Shown: one piece after another, positions 28,033 to 41,589 of the stretch
Position numbering within the stretch: position 1 is the stretch's first letter
Layout: the number at the start of each line of letters is the position of its first letter
NCBI RefSeq assembly: GCF_009914755.1
Contig: NC_060942.1
Length of the DNA: 64,000 nt
DNA from: the human T2T-CHM13v2.0 reference genome, Homo sapiens
Direction: 5' to 3' (one strand)
Position numbers and translations under genes: made by a program
The notes under the pieces: generated by a model
What the model was told of the DNA's origin: nothing
Seen by the model: the letters and a program-made list of their open reading frames with translations, nothing else
The model's database searches: none

Positions 28033-30680
28033 CTAACAGTGGAGGGGCCTGCCGACCTGCGGTTTTCTCATTGCTTTTGCTCTAATGTATGTTCATGCTT
28101 CAGTTTGGAAAGAGAAAAAAGTCATACTAATTTGCTTCTTTTTCAATGTAGTGCTTGAATTGAGATATATAAATTTAGCATTTTTTATAACTATCACTAC
28201 TATCCACATCAAAAGAAGAACTATGACATCTTTTAGAAAAGGGAACGAATTGTCATTTATTGGAAACATTTTAGATCCCCAGAGGTATAAGTTTCAAACC
28301 AGTCTTAGCTTTTCAAGTTGTTGATCAGACCCTTCTCTTAACAGAGAGATACCACAGTCACTAGAGATACCCTGAGGTTCATGTCATCCCAAAACCCACA
28401 GCACTCAGAAGCTAACCTCTACACCCACTCACACTGTGAGTATTCAGTTCGGTTTCATTTTACTGAAAACCTGTGAAACCTCTTTTTATAAAAATCAGGC
28501 AATTAAATCCCTTTTCATCACACAATTATTGAGCCTTGTTCCCCATGGCTCACCAAAATGTGCTCAATTTTGTGAGAGAAAGACTGTACTCCATAACTGA
28601 CTATTCACGTCCCATCTTTTTGGCTCTTCCCCAAAGCAGAATCCTTACTGTTGGTTGACAGTAATCTCTTTTTAAAAAGTAACTCTCAGCTTTTTCCTTA
28701 GCACCAGAGCCTTTCGGCTCCGGGAGACGAGAGGGTCATTACATACTTTTTTTTTTTTCTGGAAATAGGGGCATTGTGACTTTATAGCCTAAACTGGAGC
28801 TGTCTGAACCTGTGGTCAGGCTCAAGAGCCAGCAGGGGGAGCAGCAAACTCAAAAAAAAAACAAATTAAATTAAATTAAATTAAATTAAATAGAAGCAAA
28901 ATAAAAGCAGCTTTAATTTCAAGTGCATGTACCACGCTATGTATGACAATATATCCCACTCACTAGCATTATTTAAAAGTTTCACATTATTTCCATGGAT
29001 CAATTAGAACCACAACCTGTCCAATTTCAACGTATCTTTCATTTCTTCTGTATGCTCTTTTCTATTATTCATTATGTGTGTTTGTGTGTAACAAAGAATG
29101 TTTGGAAAATGCTGGACACATTTTTACCCTTCATTCCCATGGTCTGTAAAAAAGGAAAGTGTAAAATCAATCTGTAATGTCAGACAATAAAGATAATGTA
29201 TTACATTATTTTGTATTTTGTGAAAAAAATTACTTTACTAAATTAAAGTCAAATTTTAACAGAAGACAGTCCCCCTGGGTGAAGGACACATAACACATAC
29301 AGCCTGTATAATTGCCCATGAATGCATACATGGGGTATTGCTATTGTATTTCCAATACACTTAGATCATGGTAAAGAAAAATGCCTTCTTCATGATACTT
29401 CTCTGCAAATGGCTTCTTTCCTCTCCTGTCTCTTATTTAGCATGTGCATAGAAAAAGGAAATAAGGTTCAATTATAACCTCCCTCCTCCTAGCAGAGAGA
29501 GAGGGCAATCATCCTGTCGTCATCAGCCTTGCTTTAGCCATTTCCCTTGGGGATACTTTCCAGGCCATTTCCCAGGCAGCAGGATCTTGAAAGGCTCCTA
29601 TGGACCAGGAAGTTCGTAAACAGATGGATGCACAGAGCCAAACTGTGGCAGTGCCCCCAAGGTGGCGCCACTGCCCCCTCACCTTCCAGCTCCTCTCCAC
29701 CAAGCCCCTCAGCAGCTTCTGCATCTCAGGGGGCCAACAGCGGGTACTGCGGTGTCGGTACCCAAGGACCAGGGCCCACGTCACCCAGATGTCAGCAATA
29801 CATCGTCTGGGTAGTGGCAGAGTTTGCCTATTTCACTTATTTATCTTTTTTGCTTTTATACACAAGCCTCTTTTCAAAAAGGACCTGAGGCAGCTTACAA
29901 CAAAAGATATAAACAGTGACTTCATAAAATTGAAATAGAAAAATCAAAAACTAAAGAAAATAAAATGTGAATATGCTAATCTTAAGGGACAAGGATGTTA
30001 CTCTGCATGTTCTGGCAATGAAGCAAAAAAAAAAAAAAAAGGAAAATTATCGGTGGTTTTATCAGTACAGAAATACCACTTCTCAGGGGAACAAAATTTC
30101 TGTTGGCATAAAATATGAAAGAAAGTCTTCACTGGGAGCTTTATAGGAGTACTGGACGATAGAAAAGGAAAAAAAGCAGTCATAGATTTCATGTGGCTGT
30201 TTCTTATACTGACCTCAGTCAAAATTAAAAGCAGAACCTTATCAATCCCAGCCCTATAGAGGCGGTTCTGCAAGGAAATAAACAAATGCTGTCCAAATAT
30301 AGACTTCTCATGGTAAAACATGATCTAAGGAGAGAATTTAGAGGTTTTAGACTGGCATCTGCTTCTAAATTCTGTTTTTATTTATGAGTGTTTCTCCCCT
30401 TTGGGGACATTGTCTTTGTAAAACCAAACTTAGAACACCCCCACACAACAAATTGTGCTGGATTTAATAACCTCTACTTGCTTTATCATAAGTCTGTGTG
30501 GTTCAATGTAGTGTTTTATTATACTGGCATATATAATTTCTACTTACATTGTTTCTTGTTAGAGGTAATGCATGAATTTATCCCTCTCGAGGAGAGAACA
30601 TGAATTAAAAAAAATAGTGCCTGTAATATAATGTGATGATTATGATATCACAAGCAATAAATTTTTTTTTACAAAACTTG
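28033..30680 (+). other. DTNA: Putative alpha-dystrobrevin-2 3'UTR with tandem poly(A) signals (end uncertain)
   Basis: No Alu/L1 seen after the stop; AATAAA at 28900, 29186 and 30656, the last followed by T-rich sequence. Confidence 0.55.
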
Positions 30681-31609
30681 AATTGAAGTTATCCTACCCT
30701 CTTTCTTCTTTGTGTATCTTTAAGATTTATTGAAGGAACCATAAAAAGAACACTCATAAAACGTTTAATAATGAAGGCAGCTGGGGTATAATTGCAGTAC
30801 CAATATGTTCCAGAGTTTCTGGTACACTTCCAGTTCCAAATATTATGTACCAGTCTAAAACTGAGTAGACTGACTTTGACTCCAGAAAGTAAGGTCTCAA
30901 TATTAGTTTTCTTAGCAAAGTTACTGGAATTAGACCTGAATTACAGTGGTACCAGATCTTTGCTCACGGCTGTAAGCTTAACTTTCATGTTCATTAATTT
31001 CAAACTATTGATAATCCATGGCTAATAGGATTATTGTATAGATTTTGATAGATACTGGATGTGAAAGCACTTTGTAAAATCTTATACGTCAGCTATAAGT
31101 ATGAATGTATGTATATAGGTATACATACACACAGGTATATATAAACTTTTCAAATTTGGTCCATATTTTACACACACTCACATACACACACACACACACA
31201 TTCACTTCTCTTCCTTACAGTTCATTAACAGTGTCTCCATCAGGGAAAGAAATTTGAAAAGGACTTTTAATTTGTTCAGATCTCTTGTAATTGCTTTTAA
31301 CAGTAGAAAAAAAGAGTCATTTTTATGTTAGAGAAAGTGACAGACAAGTCCAGTAAGTTTATATTTTCCTATTTCTGGTAACATTAGATATGATCCTAGA
31401 TATACTAATATCTACAGAGTGTGGCTTTCGCCATAATTTGAGTAGGTATATTAAACAGCTAATACAGTGAAGGGCTGCCAGTAACAGATGTTCTATATGA
31501 GTGCAATGAAACATCTGATATTTTTTCTTAAGTTTTATCTATAATAAACATTTTTGTGTGAGAGAGGTGATTAGTACAGGGTGCATATTTTAGTCAAGGA
31601 TAAAACTAA

Positions 31610-31924
<315 letters not shown>

Positions 31925-34764
31925 CTAATTTGCAGGACTTTTTTTCAGACTTACAATAAGGATCCATTTTTTTAAACTACATTTTAAACTTTGGGATTGA
32001 ATTGTTTCTTATTTGGGAAGATAATGTCTATACATTGGTATTATGTTAAGTAATACAATTGTTCTAACTTGGTGGGGAAAAAAAGTCAAGCATCATTCCA
32101 AATTCCATCTCCTACCCTTATTCTCTTCTCTGTTTATAACTGGATGGTCCAATTAAGTCAGGAAATTGTAGTCATCAGGTTTCTACTTCTTCCAAACACT
32201 TCATGGAATACTAGCAGGCCAGCAATAACCTGCTTGGGCCTCACCTTCCTGGCTTTTCCTAGCTCATCCTCTCTGGTGGGTATTCTATGCAGGCATGAAC
32301 CAGTCAAAAGCGAGGGAGAGGGATAATTCACCTCAGAAATGATCAACTGCAATATAAAGATGATCGTCTAGTGTTCAAAAACATACCCTCCCAGACTCTC
32401 TCTTTTTAAAATTAAGTATTGATTATTATAATTAATTCTAAGTAAGTAAATATTATTTCTCTGCTTAAAAACCTAGGAAGATGACTCTCTGGTTCACAAT
32501 AAAGTCTACCCTGGAGGTCCCGAGACCTGCCCATCTCCCTCTTCTAGCCTCATTTCTCTCTACACCCAGCAGCCAGCCTGACACCAGAGCCACAATGGCC
32601 TTCCCACCCTCTCCACAATACGTGTCACATTTCCCATGCCTTGCTCCTGCTGTTCCCAGGTTGCTCTGCTCTTCTCTTCTCCCCACACTTTCTCATTTCT
32701 GCCTGCAAATCTTCACTGTTAAAACCCAAGTCAAATGATGCCTCCTGCCTGAACAGTCGGAATTAATCACCTCTCATGTACCCCCACAACACTCTATACA
32801 CAATGAGCACTTTAAAAGGCCTGATTATAAAAATTATCATCAGTGTGATGATAGCCAGTGAATTTATATTGGAAGAAAGGATAAAAACAGGGCTGAATGC
32901 TGCTAAGCACTGCTTTGCTGCACCTTCCCAAGCTGCTAGGTGCGGCCAGGCATGACCAGACTGCATTCTCAGCCAAACTGAGAGGCAGACTCTTCAGGTC
33001 TAGCGGGGAGGGGGATATATAATTCTCTGCTGTTTCACCAGGGTGTCCTGATTCAACAATTAGACATTTGCTCCTTTCCTTGAAGCATCCCTCATTTCTG
33101 GTGGTGAATAGAAATCAAAACACTTCCTGGAAAATATCAGAAAATGTATGAATCTTGTCAGACTTTTTAAAAAAATGGATACAACAGCAAGTTGAGTAGA
33201 CTTGGAGGATGGTGCATAGAGATTAATTTTTCATTTATTCTCCAGGAAGTGAGCTATTTTAAATTTGCCAAGTGTGATATATGTTTTCCTTCTTCCATAA
33301 ATCAACTCTCTCCTTGGGAATTTTAGATCTATATATTGATCTGCATGGACCATTGTCCCTTAAGTCTTTGCTCCATTAATCATTGAGTAATTTCCAGGAA
33401 AGGATATTCACAGAGATTATTCACTCTAACTCTTCTACAGTTGTTAGCAGACAACCATGCCTCATGACCAGGCTGGAGGCCACCATCCCACCGAGGCCAC
33501 TTCCTGTGAAAATGAAACTCAGTGACATCATCACTGATCTGCCCCAATGCCAAGAGGCCACTGCCTTTTCCTAGTGTTCCTACAAGAACAGAACAGAAAG
33601 GAAGGCCAGAGATGGCATTCCTCACAGTGGGTAGGCACTAGGAAGATGCTCTGCATCAAACTGGACAGTGTCCTGACATGGAGAGGTGGGGCCGTGATCA
33701 CCCAGGGTGTCAGTGTCCTACCCCCAAAAGTCTGGGTAAAGGCTGGATGTGACATGGGAGTTGCCAGTTGTGGGAAAGATGCAACTGATTATTCTCTTCA
33801 GCACAGGATCTTCCACCTAAATTCTTCACATAATCAAACTGCATGAAATTGCACCAATTAGAGATTCCTTTGGGAAATGGTGGCTATTCATCATTCACAC
33901 ATTGGTGTAATTTAGATTCAGTCAACTGTTTTTCCCTTAACACACAACGAGAGTCAATGATTTTCTTCTTATTGCAGAACCACTAATGGGAGTTTTGAAA
34001 AAGAATGCCCACAGAAAGGAGTAGCAAAAGTTGCCTTTGAGACCAGGAACTGAGCAGGGAGAGGTTGGGTGAGGCATGCCTCAGACCCACAGGAATTAGC
34101 AGAACAGCCCAGTGCACTAGGAGATGGGGAGAGGCTTACAGAAAAGGAGGTGGAAGGGCCAGACATATGAGTCTTCTTACAAATGCTGCCTAGAGGGAGG
34201 AGCCCCCAGCACCCTGGAGAACCTGGTATAAGAGGTATAAGCAAGGCTGGTGTGCACTACAGCCCCAGAACAGACATTAAAGTAGTGAAATATGGTCCAT
34301 AGCCCCATATCTCAAATCACTAGATCCAGATATGTTCCAGAATTTGGCATTTATCTGATTTTGAAAAGCAATATGATGCAGATATCGTATCAGTTACCTC
34401 ACATCCATTAAGACCAAATTCATTATGGAATGACCAGTGTTTGTCAGAGCTTTTTTGGCTTTCAGAATTGCAAATAAGAGATTGTAGGCCTGTACTTCTG
34501 TACCAATTGATAAACAGTCCAAGGCCCTCCCATCACCCTGAGCACCCATACATCTTTTCCATGATCCAGCAACTAAAAGGTATTGCCTGGCCCAGTAGCA
34601 GGAAGCCCTAGGACGCTGCTCCAGCACCACAAGGTGGTCCTACTGGGTCTGTGCCCTGTGTCTTTTCCCTCTTCAGGCTGCTGAACCTTTCTATAGTAGT
34701 GAAGCATAGATGGAAGCGTATGATGGCTGGTCACAGTGCCCACAGTCCTTAGACTCAGCATGGC

Positions 34765-34985
34765 AAACCCTGAGCTTGGAGTCTAAAGACTGGGGATCAA
34801 TTTTATCTCTGCCATTCTCTTGCTCAGAAACCTTGGGTAATCCAGTTATCTCCTCTTAGCCTCAGTTTGCTAATATATAAAATGGGAATAATAATACTTC
34901 ATATGGTTATTAAGAGGATTACATGAAGTATTAGGGGTTAAAGTGCTTTATGGACTGCAAATTGCTATTCAAATATAAGATATTA
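34765..34985 (+). mobile_element. MIR SINE
   Basis: ccttgggtaa...agcctcagtttgctaatatataaaatgggaataataatac...gaggatta. Confidence 0.7.
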
Positions 34986-37108
34986 CCACTTGTACCACTG
35001 TACTAGGAAAATGAAACAAAACAGTGTATGTAAAAGTGCTTTGTACATTGAATTACTTACAAAAGTGGAGTTATATTATTATTGTGAACTTCTCACCATG
35101 GAAGACAATCTGAGTTCCCAGGGATGAGACGGTAACCCACACTGATAGCCAAGAGAATCCTACTTCTTAATAACCACTCTGTCCAACTTCCCTTCTCTAG
35201 TCCCCACTCCCGGCTGTGTTTGGTCCCTTGATAAAGAGGACAGAGACAAGAGGCTCAGGAGCCTTGCTAAGGCCTCTGCCTTAAAAAGGGTGTACAAGAG
35301 GAATTGCCAAAGTAGGAAGAGCTCAGGGCATCTGACCAGCGTCTGTCTCCATTGAGGGACTTTTTGCCAGCCATGGCCAGCAAGGCTCCCGCAGCCCAGG
35401 GCACTCAGAGCCCCTGGGCTCAGCCCCAGCCCTGCCCCTCTGACTCCGTCTCCAGATAAAGCAATTATTTTCACCTCTCTGAGTACTGGGCTCCACAACT
35501 TCACATTTAGAGTAAGAATGCATACTTCCCAGGGTCATGGAGAGAAATCAGTGAGAGTGTATGTGAAAACCCTTTGAACATCATAAGGCACAACGCAAAT
35601 GTGAAATTATTTATTATTGGCATGGGAAGGTCAAGGATGCAGTGGTAGCTCAGAAGCAGAAGGTTTCAAGGTAATGGGGCTGAGCTGCCAGAGTTTGCTG
35701 GGGAAAACTAGACCCCTCCTTGAGCAGGCCGAGGGAAGCAGGCTGCAAAAACATCACAACCGGGCAAAGTTCTCTTCCTTGGGCCTGGACAGACCATTAC
35801 AAGGTACTGTTGAGAGTGAAAGAATGGGACCCTCAGCCCATTGGGCACCCCATGGGTTATTTTCTGTGCTCTGTTCTGTTTTGCTTCATTTTTAATTCTG
35901 GGTTTTTCTCAGTTTATGGCTTTAACAATTATGCGTGATGCTGAGCCTGGAGAGCTAACAGCATGGCATTTTTCAGGATTGATGTGGTGTGTTTTAACAA
36001 CAAGCCACTGAGCCCAAAGCAAATATCTAAATGGAATATTCCAGAGCATTGCTCTGGTGGTATACATCTAGGAGTTTGAATGGGTTAATGATGACTCTCT
36101 GGGCCTTGCTGGAGAAGAATTCTCACTCTAGCAACCACAGCAAACAGACTGGGATGGAATTGATGTGAACACCTAATCTGTTGTGTATGCACTCAAGGGT
36201 CTCCTTGCATTTTCTTACGCATGTGGCTGACTTCTTTTGTCAACTAATTATTAAAACAGGGAGAATATTTCCAAGGCACCTCATTTAGAGACAAATCCTT
36301 AAGATTCAAAGTGTGACAGTCTCAGAATAGTTTCATGCCAAAAACTGTAGTGCAAAGATAAGTTCCTTCAGTTGTTTTCTACTTTTTTCTTTACTTGTCT
36401 TTAAATCCTACTATTCTTATTGTCCTGCTAGAATACTGCTTTTTCATAGGAGAAGAGAAGGACATTTCCTGCAGGAAATAATACCAAAAAATTAGAAAAC
36501 AAGGTTTCTTCTTCTTCTTCTTCCCCATTGGAATCCCTGAGTTACTAATTTGACAAAATCAGCTTTTACTATAAAATAGGGATAAAACAATTTACACTTC
36601 ATTTGATTCTTAATTTGAGACTTAATATGCACAATATTGTATGACATGATTTAAACTCTTATCCTCTAAAGATAATGCTAGTACAGTCAGGTTGAAAATT
36701 CAGAAAGCATCCATTGCAAATAGTCTTCTAGTTTGTATTTTAAACTTTCTCCTTAATGTCTTCTTAGTCCTCGGAGACCTTCCTTCAAGGAGAAAGTATC
36801 CACACCTTGTAATTATCTGCATTTAACAGTACCTTCATTTTATGGGCACATGTCCCATATACTGTAGAGCAATGCTGTACTAATAGTTTTAGCTTTCAAT
36901 ATTTAACCCAAACTTCAGATTACATACAATAAGGTCCTAAATTATCTGCACCTGCAAATTAGCTTTAGGATTACCAACACAATTACCTAGGATTTCCTCC
37001 TGCTTTGAAATTTCATTGTCACTGTTTTCAACAATCAACTGAGGCATTGGGGATGACATATGACATTTTCTTGGGAAAGCAAATTAATGACCTGCATTGT
37101 CTCTCCAG

Positions 37109-37268
37109 ACTCAGGGGGCAGGCTCTCCCCGCTCCTCCCCCAGCCACACCATCAGCAGGCCAATTCCCATGCCCATCCGGTCAGCGTCAGCCTGCTCCAC
37201 CCCGACGCACACGCCGCAGGACTCCCTCACAGGAGTAGGGGGAGATGTACAAGAGGCATTTGCACAAA
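37109..37268 (+). CDS. DTNA: DTNA alpha-DB1-specific exon [53 protein letters not shown]
   Basis: Acceptor ctctccag, donor gtaagt at 37269, 160 nt; peptide inside ORF 37097..37558. Confidence 0.95.
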
Positions 37269-37929
37269 GTAAGTGGCTTTATTTTTTGTTGTGGTCTGCT
37301 TTTATGTGGCAAATAGGTCACCAAGGTCTATTGAGTGGTCAAGAGTTGTCAGAACCACATGTGACTATTGTAGGGTCTTTCATGGCTGGTGTCAGAGCCT
37401 GGCCTGCCAGCCATTTTGGGAACTCCCTACACCAATTTGTTCTCACTTCACGATTTTACCTTCCTTTGGCTTTTGTTGCCCTGCCTTATTTTTTAGTAAG
37501 TCTTTGTTCATCAAAAGACAGGAAATCTTTTCACCAATACCCCCAGAAAACTTCATAAATGTAATCTATTTTTTTTAATTCTTAGAGATTTTCTTATCTC
37601 ATATTGTCTTTTCTTTATATTAAAGTCAAGACTGAGATAAGTAATCACAGCTCTTTAGCAATGAGGTAACCAAGAAGGACATTTAGTCATTTGACAGATT
37701 CCCTGTTCTGATGCCCCGAAGAGTTGAATCATTGCCTCTGTAAGGCAGGGCTACAGGGTTAAGCCTCTGCAGTTAGAGGAGTACAAAGAGGGATGGGGAT
37801 GCCAGCCAGCACTTTCCCATGACAGGGAGAGTAACTTTATTAATTTAGAAATATTTTTAACACTTTTTAAAACCTCTTCTTACTATCACTTTTTAAATTT
37901 ATAGAGAATAATAATAAAAAAATCATTCT

Positions 37930-38560
37930 GTAGACCTTCACCGGCAGCTTTCATTCCCAGAAGTAACCACTATTAACAGTTTGATCCTTCCCAAAGTTTT
38001 GCTTTTGTGTAAATAGATATGTTTAAGGATGTGATTATAGACACATACTCTTTTTTTCACACAAATAGGATCATGCATTGCATTTTGGGGTCTGCAATTT
38101 GCATTTTCTTTAAATTAGCAATATATCATTAACATTCTTCGAAGTCTTCACATAGAGATCTAAGGAAAAGAGAGACATGTTTGAATATGGGTTTTAAGGC
38201 AAAAGAGATCATAAACAAAGTTAAAAGACAGAAAACAGTCTTGAGGAAACCATTTCCAGTATATGTGTCAATCAAGTTTCATAATTTCAGTTATACAAAA
38301 ATCATGTAGAGATCAGAAAGAATAGACACCACCAAAACAAAAACAGGTGAAATATACGAATAGACAGAAGAACAAAGAGAAATTGCCAATAAATATATGA
38401 AAAGATGTTCAACCTCTAATTACAGAAATATAAATTTTAATAAGTATCACTTTTTGCCTAGAAGATTAAAAAAATGTTTTGAAACATCATAATATCCAGG
38501 GATAGCAAAAGTGCGAGGAAAAAGGTACTCTCGTCCATGTAGAGGGGTGATAAAATCTTA
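37930..38560. mobile_element. Old L1M fragments (opposite orientations)
   Basis: cccagaagtaaccactattaacagttt (minus) and gccaataaatatatgaaaagatgttcaacctc (plus) are L1M 3'-end motifs. Confidence 0.55.
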
Positions 38561-39239
38561 ACACACTTCAATGAGAGAGAATGATGAACTCTCTACTCTG
38601 AGGGAAAAGGAAGGATCTATATTAGAACTTTTTCTTCTAGGCACTGAATATAACTCAAGAGTTTTTAAAAATGTAATTCACAAAATAACTTTTAATTTTT
38701 AGAAAGAAAATATCCCTTCTCTTAATCATATTTTAAAGAAATGTACTATATTTTAAATCAATTTGTGATTTCCATTATAATTAATGTTTTTACTTAACTA
38801 CTCTGATTTTTTTAATTTAAACATTTATTATTTTATTTAGTTAGTATTACTTTCTGAAAAATGACGGAATGAAATTCCATTAACCCTTAGTGTGCCTGAA
38901 ACAAAATAATAATCTTTCTCTGCCATAAAGAAACATAGTCTAAGTTCCAATTTATAGTACCAGACATGCATCTGCCCATGTCTTGGCAGAAGAAACAAGA
39001 ATCCTCACCCCTTTCTCACGCTCTGGGGGCATTCAGTGCATGTGGGTTTCCCATTCCCAAGTGGTACTTACACTGGCAGGAAGAGCTCCAAGAGCCCTGA
39101 TAGGAGACAGCGCATGTCCTAGTAGAGACCAGAATCTAAAGGGCTCAGCCACCAGGTAAGGGCAAGAAAAATAATAGCAGCTAGGAAGGCGCAGCTCTCC
39201 TGGAAAACCTGATTTTTCATCTGTGTGGATTATTCTTAA

Positions 39240-39370
39240 GAAGGGTGACCACACGCACTGGTTTACCTGGAACCATCCCAGTTTTGCCAGGTCAGCCAGC
39301 CTTATTCATACTGCTCTCTTTCACCTTCAAAATTGTCCCCATATGGACAAATAATATATGAAACTCCATC
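39240..39370. mobile_element. MER94-like hAT-Blackjack relic
   Basis: agggtgacca..cctggaaccatcccagtttt...ctctttcaccttcaaaattgtccc..tggacaaataatatatg. Confidence 0.5.
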
Positions 39371-39588
39371 ATTAGCCATGTCTTCTTACTGCAGGACCCA
39401 CTGCCCTAAGCAGTGTTTTGTTGTTGTTGTTGTTCTTGTTTCAGGAAATGAACTAAAGCACTTCTGAAAAGGAGAAGTCTTAGAAGTTTTCTTGCTTTAG
39501 GTTATTAATGGGAAGGATAAATAAACAACATAAAAATTTAGGATAGAAGGAAGCTTTGGTTTTTTAAATTATTTCTTCTTCCCTGAAG

Positions 39589-39678
39589 GTTCAAGAAGAA
39601 ACTTAAGGAATGACTTGCTAGTGGCTGCAGATTCCATCACTAACACTATGTCCTCTCTTGTGAAAGAGCTGAATTCTG
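39589..39678 (+). CDS. DTNA: DTNA exon (S)[29 protein letters not shown]
   Basis: Acceptor cttcttccctgaag, donor gtgagt at 39679, 90 nt. Confidence 0.93.
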
Positions 39679-39829
39679 GTGAGTTCCTGATTCCCTCTCA
39701 TTTGTCTGCTCATCATGGAGGGATCCATAAGTGCTAGGGGTCTCTCTTAGAGATCTGCTTATTGTCTAATATCAAAAGATTCTTTAAAGCTCTATGTGAT
39801 ATTTTGTTGGTCTATTCAGATTTGAGGGG

Positions 39830-40134
39830 TTTTTTTTTTGTTTGTTTGTTTTTGGTTTTTTGAGACAGGGTGTCTCTGTGTTGCCCGGCTGAAGTACAGT
39901 GGCACCATCATAGCTCACTGGTATGTCAAACACTTGGGCTCAAGTGATCCCCCTACCTCAGCCTCCCTAGTAGCTGAGACTACAGGCACATGCCAGCACG
40001 CCTGGCTAATTTTTTGTTGTTGTTTTCATAGAGACAGAGTCTTTGCTATGTTGCCTAGGCTGGTCTCAAACTCCTGGCCTCAAGTGATCCTCCTGCCTCG
40101 GCCTCCCAAAGTGTGTGAGCCACTATGCCTGGCC
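39830..40134 (-). mobile_element. AluJ element
   Basis: catcatagctcactg, gggctcaagtgatcc; TSD tattcagattt at 39813 and 40135. Confidence 0.9.
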
Positions 40135-40351
40135 TATTCAGATTTTTTAAGTAATGTTTATATTTTGCTTATTAAAAGACTATTAACACATACTCAATGT
40201 AGAAAGTTTGAAAAAGGCAGAGAAGAACAACGAAAAATATTCAAACTGACCTATAATTCTGGAATCCAAAGACAGCCACTGTTAACATCTATGGTGACCT
40301 AAAACAACATGATGCTAAGGTTATTTTATAGGGTCAAGTGTATTATTTATC

Positions 40352-40456
40352 TTTTTTTGAGATGGGGTCTTGCCTTTTTTCCCCAGGCTGGTCTTGAACT
40401 CCTGGGCTCAAACAGTCCTCCTGCTTCAGCCTCCCGAAGTGCTGGGATTCCCAGCC
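40352..40456 (-). mobile_element. FLAM / Alu monomer
   Basis: gagatggggtcttg...caggctggtcttgaactcctgggctcaa...gtgctgggatt. Confidence 0.8.
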
Positions 40457-41420
40457 CTTATCTATTTAGGTTTCATTAATTTGGAATGCCTGATCATTTA
40501 AATTTGAATTTCAAACTGAAATTTACCTTTGCAATGTCTCTGAAGATAGATCTGCCCAGAAATAAATAGCATAAAATTTAAGGAGACTTTTTATCCTTTT
40601 AATACTACAAAGAGTGTTCAAAACTTTAGCAGTATGAATATGCAAATAAATATCTTACCAGTCACTAATACATCTCCATCTATTCCTTAAGGCCGACCTA
40701 CCAAGAGATTTGTCTGGCAAGACTATGGTCTTACAGCTGAGATTGCAACTATAAGAAATAAAACTTCAGTTTTAAAAAAATCCTGGACTTCGCTTTCTTA
40801 AAGCCTCTCAATTGAAAATTGTTGCTGCTAATTTAGATTAAGATTACCAAACGGAATAAAAAGATAGTAGTTAATACATCATGATTAATGGCAGGTAACC
40901 ACTGCCCTAGCAAATGATGAGTACAAAGTTATTCTTGGTGTAGAAGTCTTAAGTACTGTTAGTTTATACTCATAATTCTTTAAAGTATTAAGTGATAGGG
41001 TTCACTTAATATTTTAAGTTCATATTTTAAGCATTTTAGGTGAATATTTTATGGTTAGGATTAGGTTTTAACTCATAGTTCTTAAATTAGTGTAATATTA
41101 AGCAAAAGTAACAATTTTAGTTAAGTCTCTTACAGAAAGGAAAAAGTAGAAGTCTTAAAGAGTTAAGTCAGTTACTAAGATGGCAAAAATTCCTCATAAC
41201 ATTTCTGAGATTTTAAAAATGCTGTATACCAAATGATTTTATAGTAATTCATGTCAATATCAATTCTTATTTTGAAACAATAAAAATGTATTTGATTAAA
41301 ATATGATAACTGGTTAACATTTTACACAGCACAGGTTGATTTGTGAAGCCTACTCCTTTATTTGCAGGTCATAAAAAAATCTAACGAGTCATTCTTTATT
41401 TCTTCAATTGTATCTGCTAG

Positions 41421-41589
41421 AGGTTGGGAGTGAAACAGAGAGTAATGTGGATTCTGAATTTGCACGGACTCAGTTTGAGGATCTTGTTCCCTCACCAACC
41501 TCTGAAAAGGCTTTTCTAGCGCAAATCCATGCCCGAAAACCTGGGTACATTCACAGTGGAGCTACCACAAGTACCATGCGTGGCGACAT
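41421..41589 (+). CDS. DTNA: DTNA exon (E)VGSETESNVDSEFARTQFEDLVPSPTSEKAFLAQIHARKPGYIHSGATTSTMRGD(M)
   Basis: Acceptor tatctgctag, donor gtgagt at 41590, 169 nt; ORF 41408..41593. Confidence 0.93.

Noticed and set aside
29509-29938. Three overlapping 91-113 aa ORFs
   Set aside because: Explained by local GC richness in probable UTR; no recognisable protein or supporting splice structure.
41361-41384. Upstream tttgcag acceptor that would give ...LNSGHKKI*
   Set aside because: It lies upstream of the likely branch point (ctaac 41381) of the real acceptor, and the product would be an NMD target; no other support.
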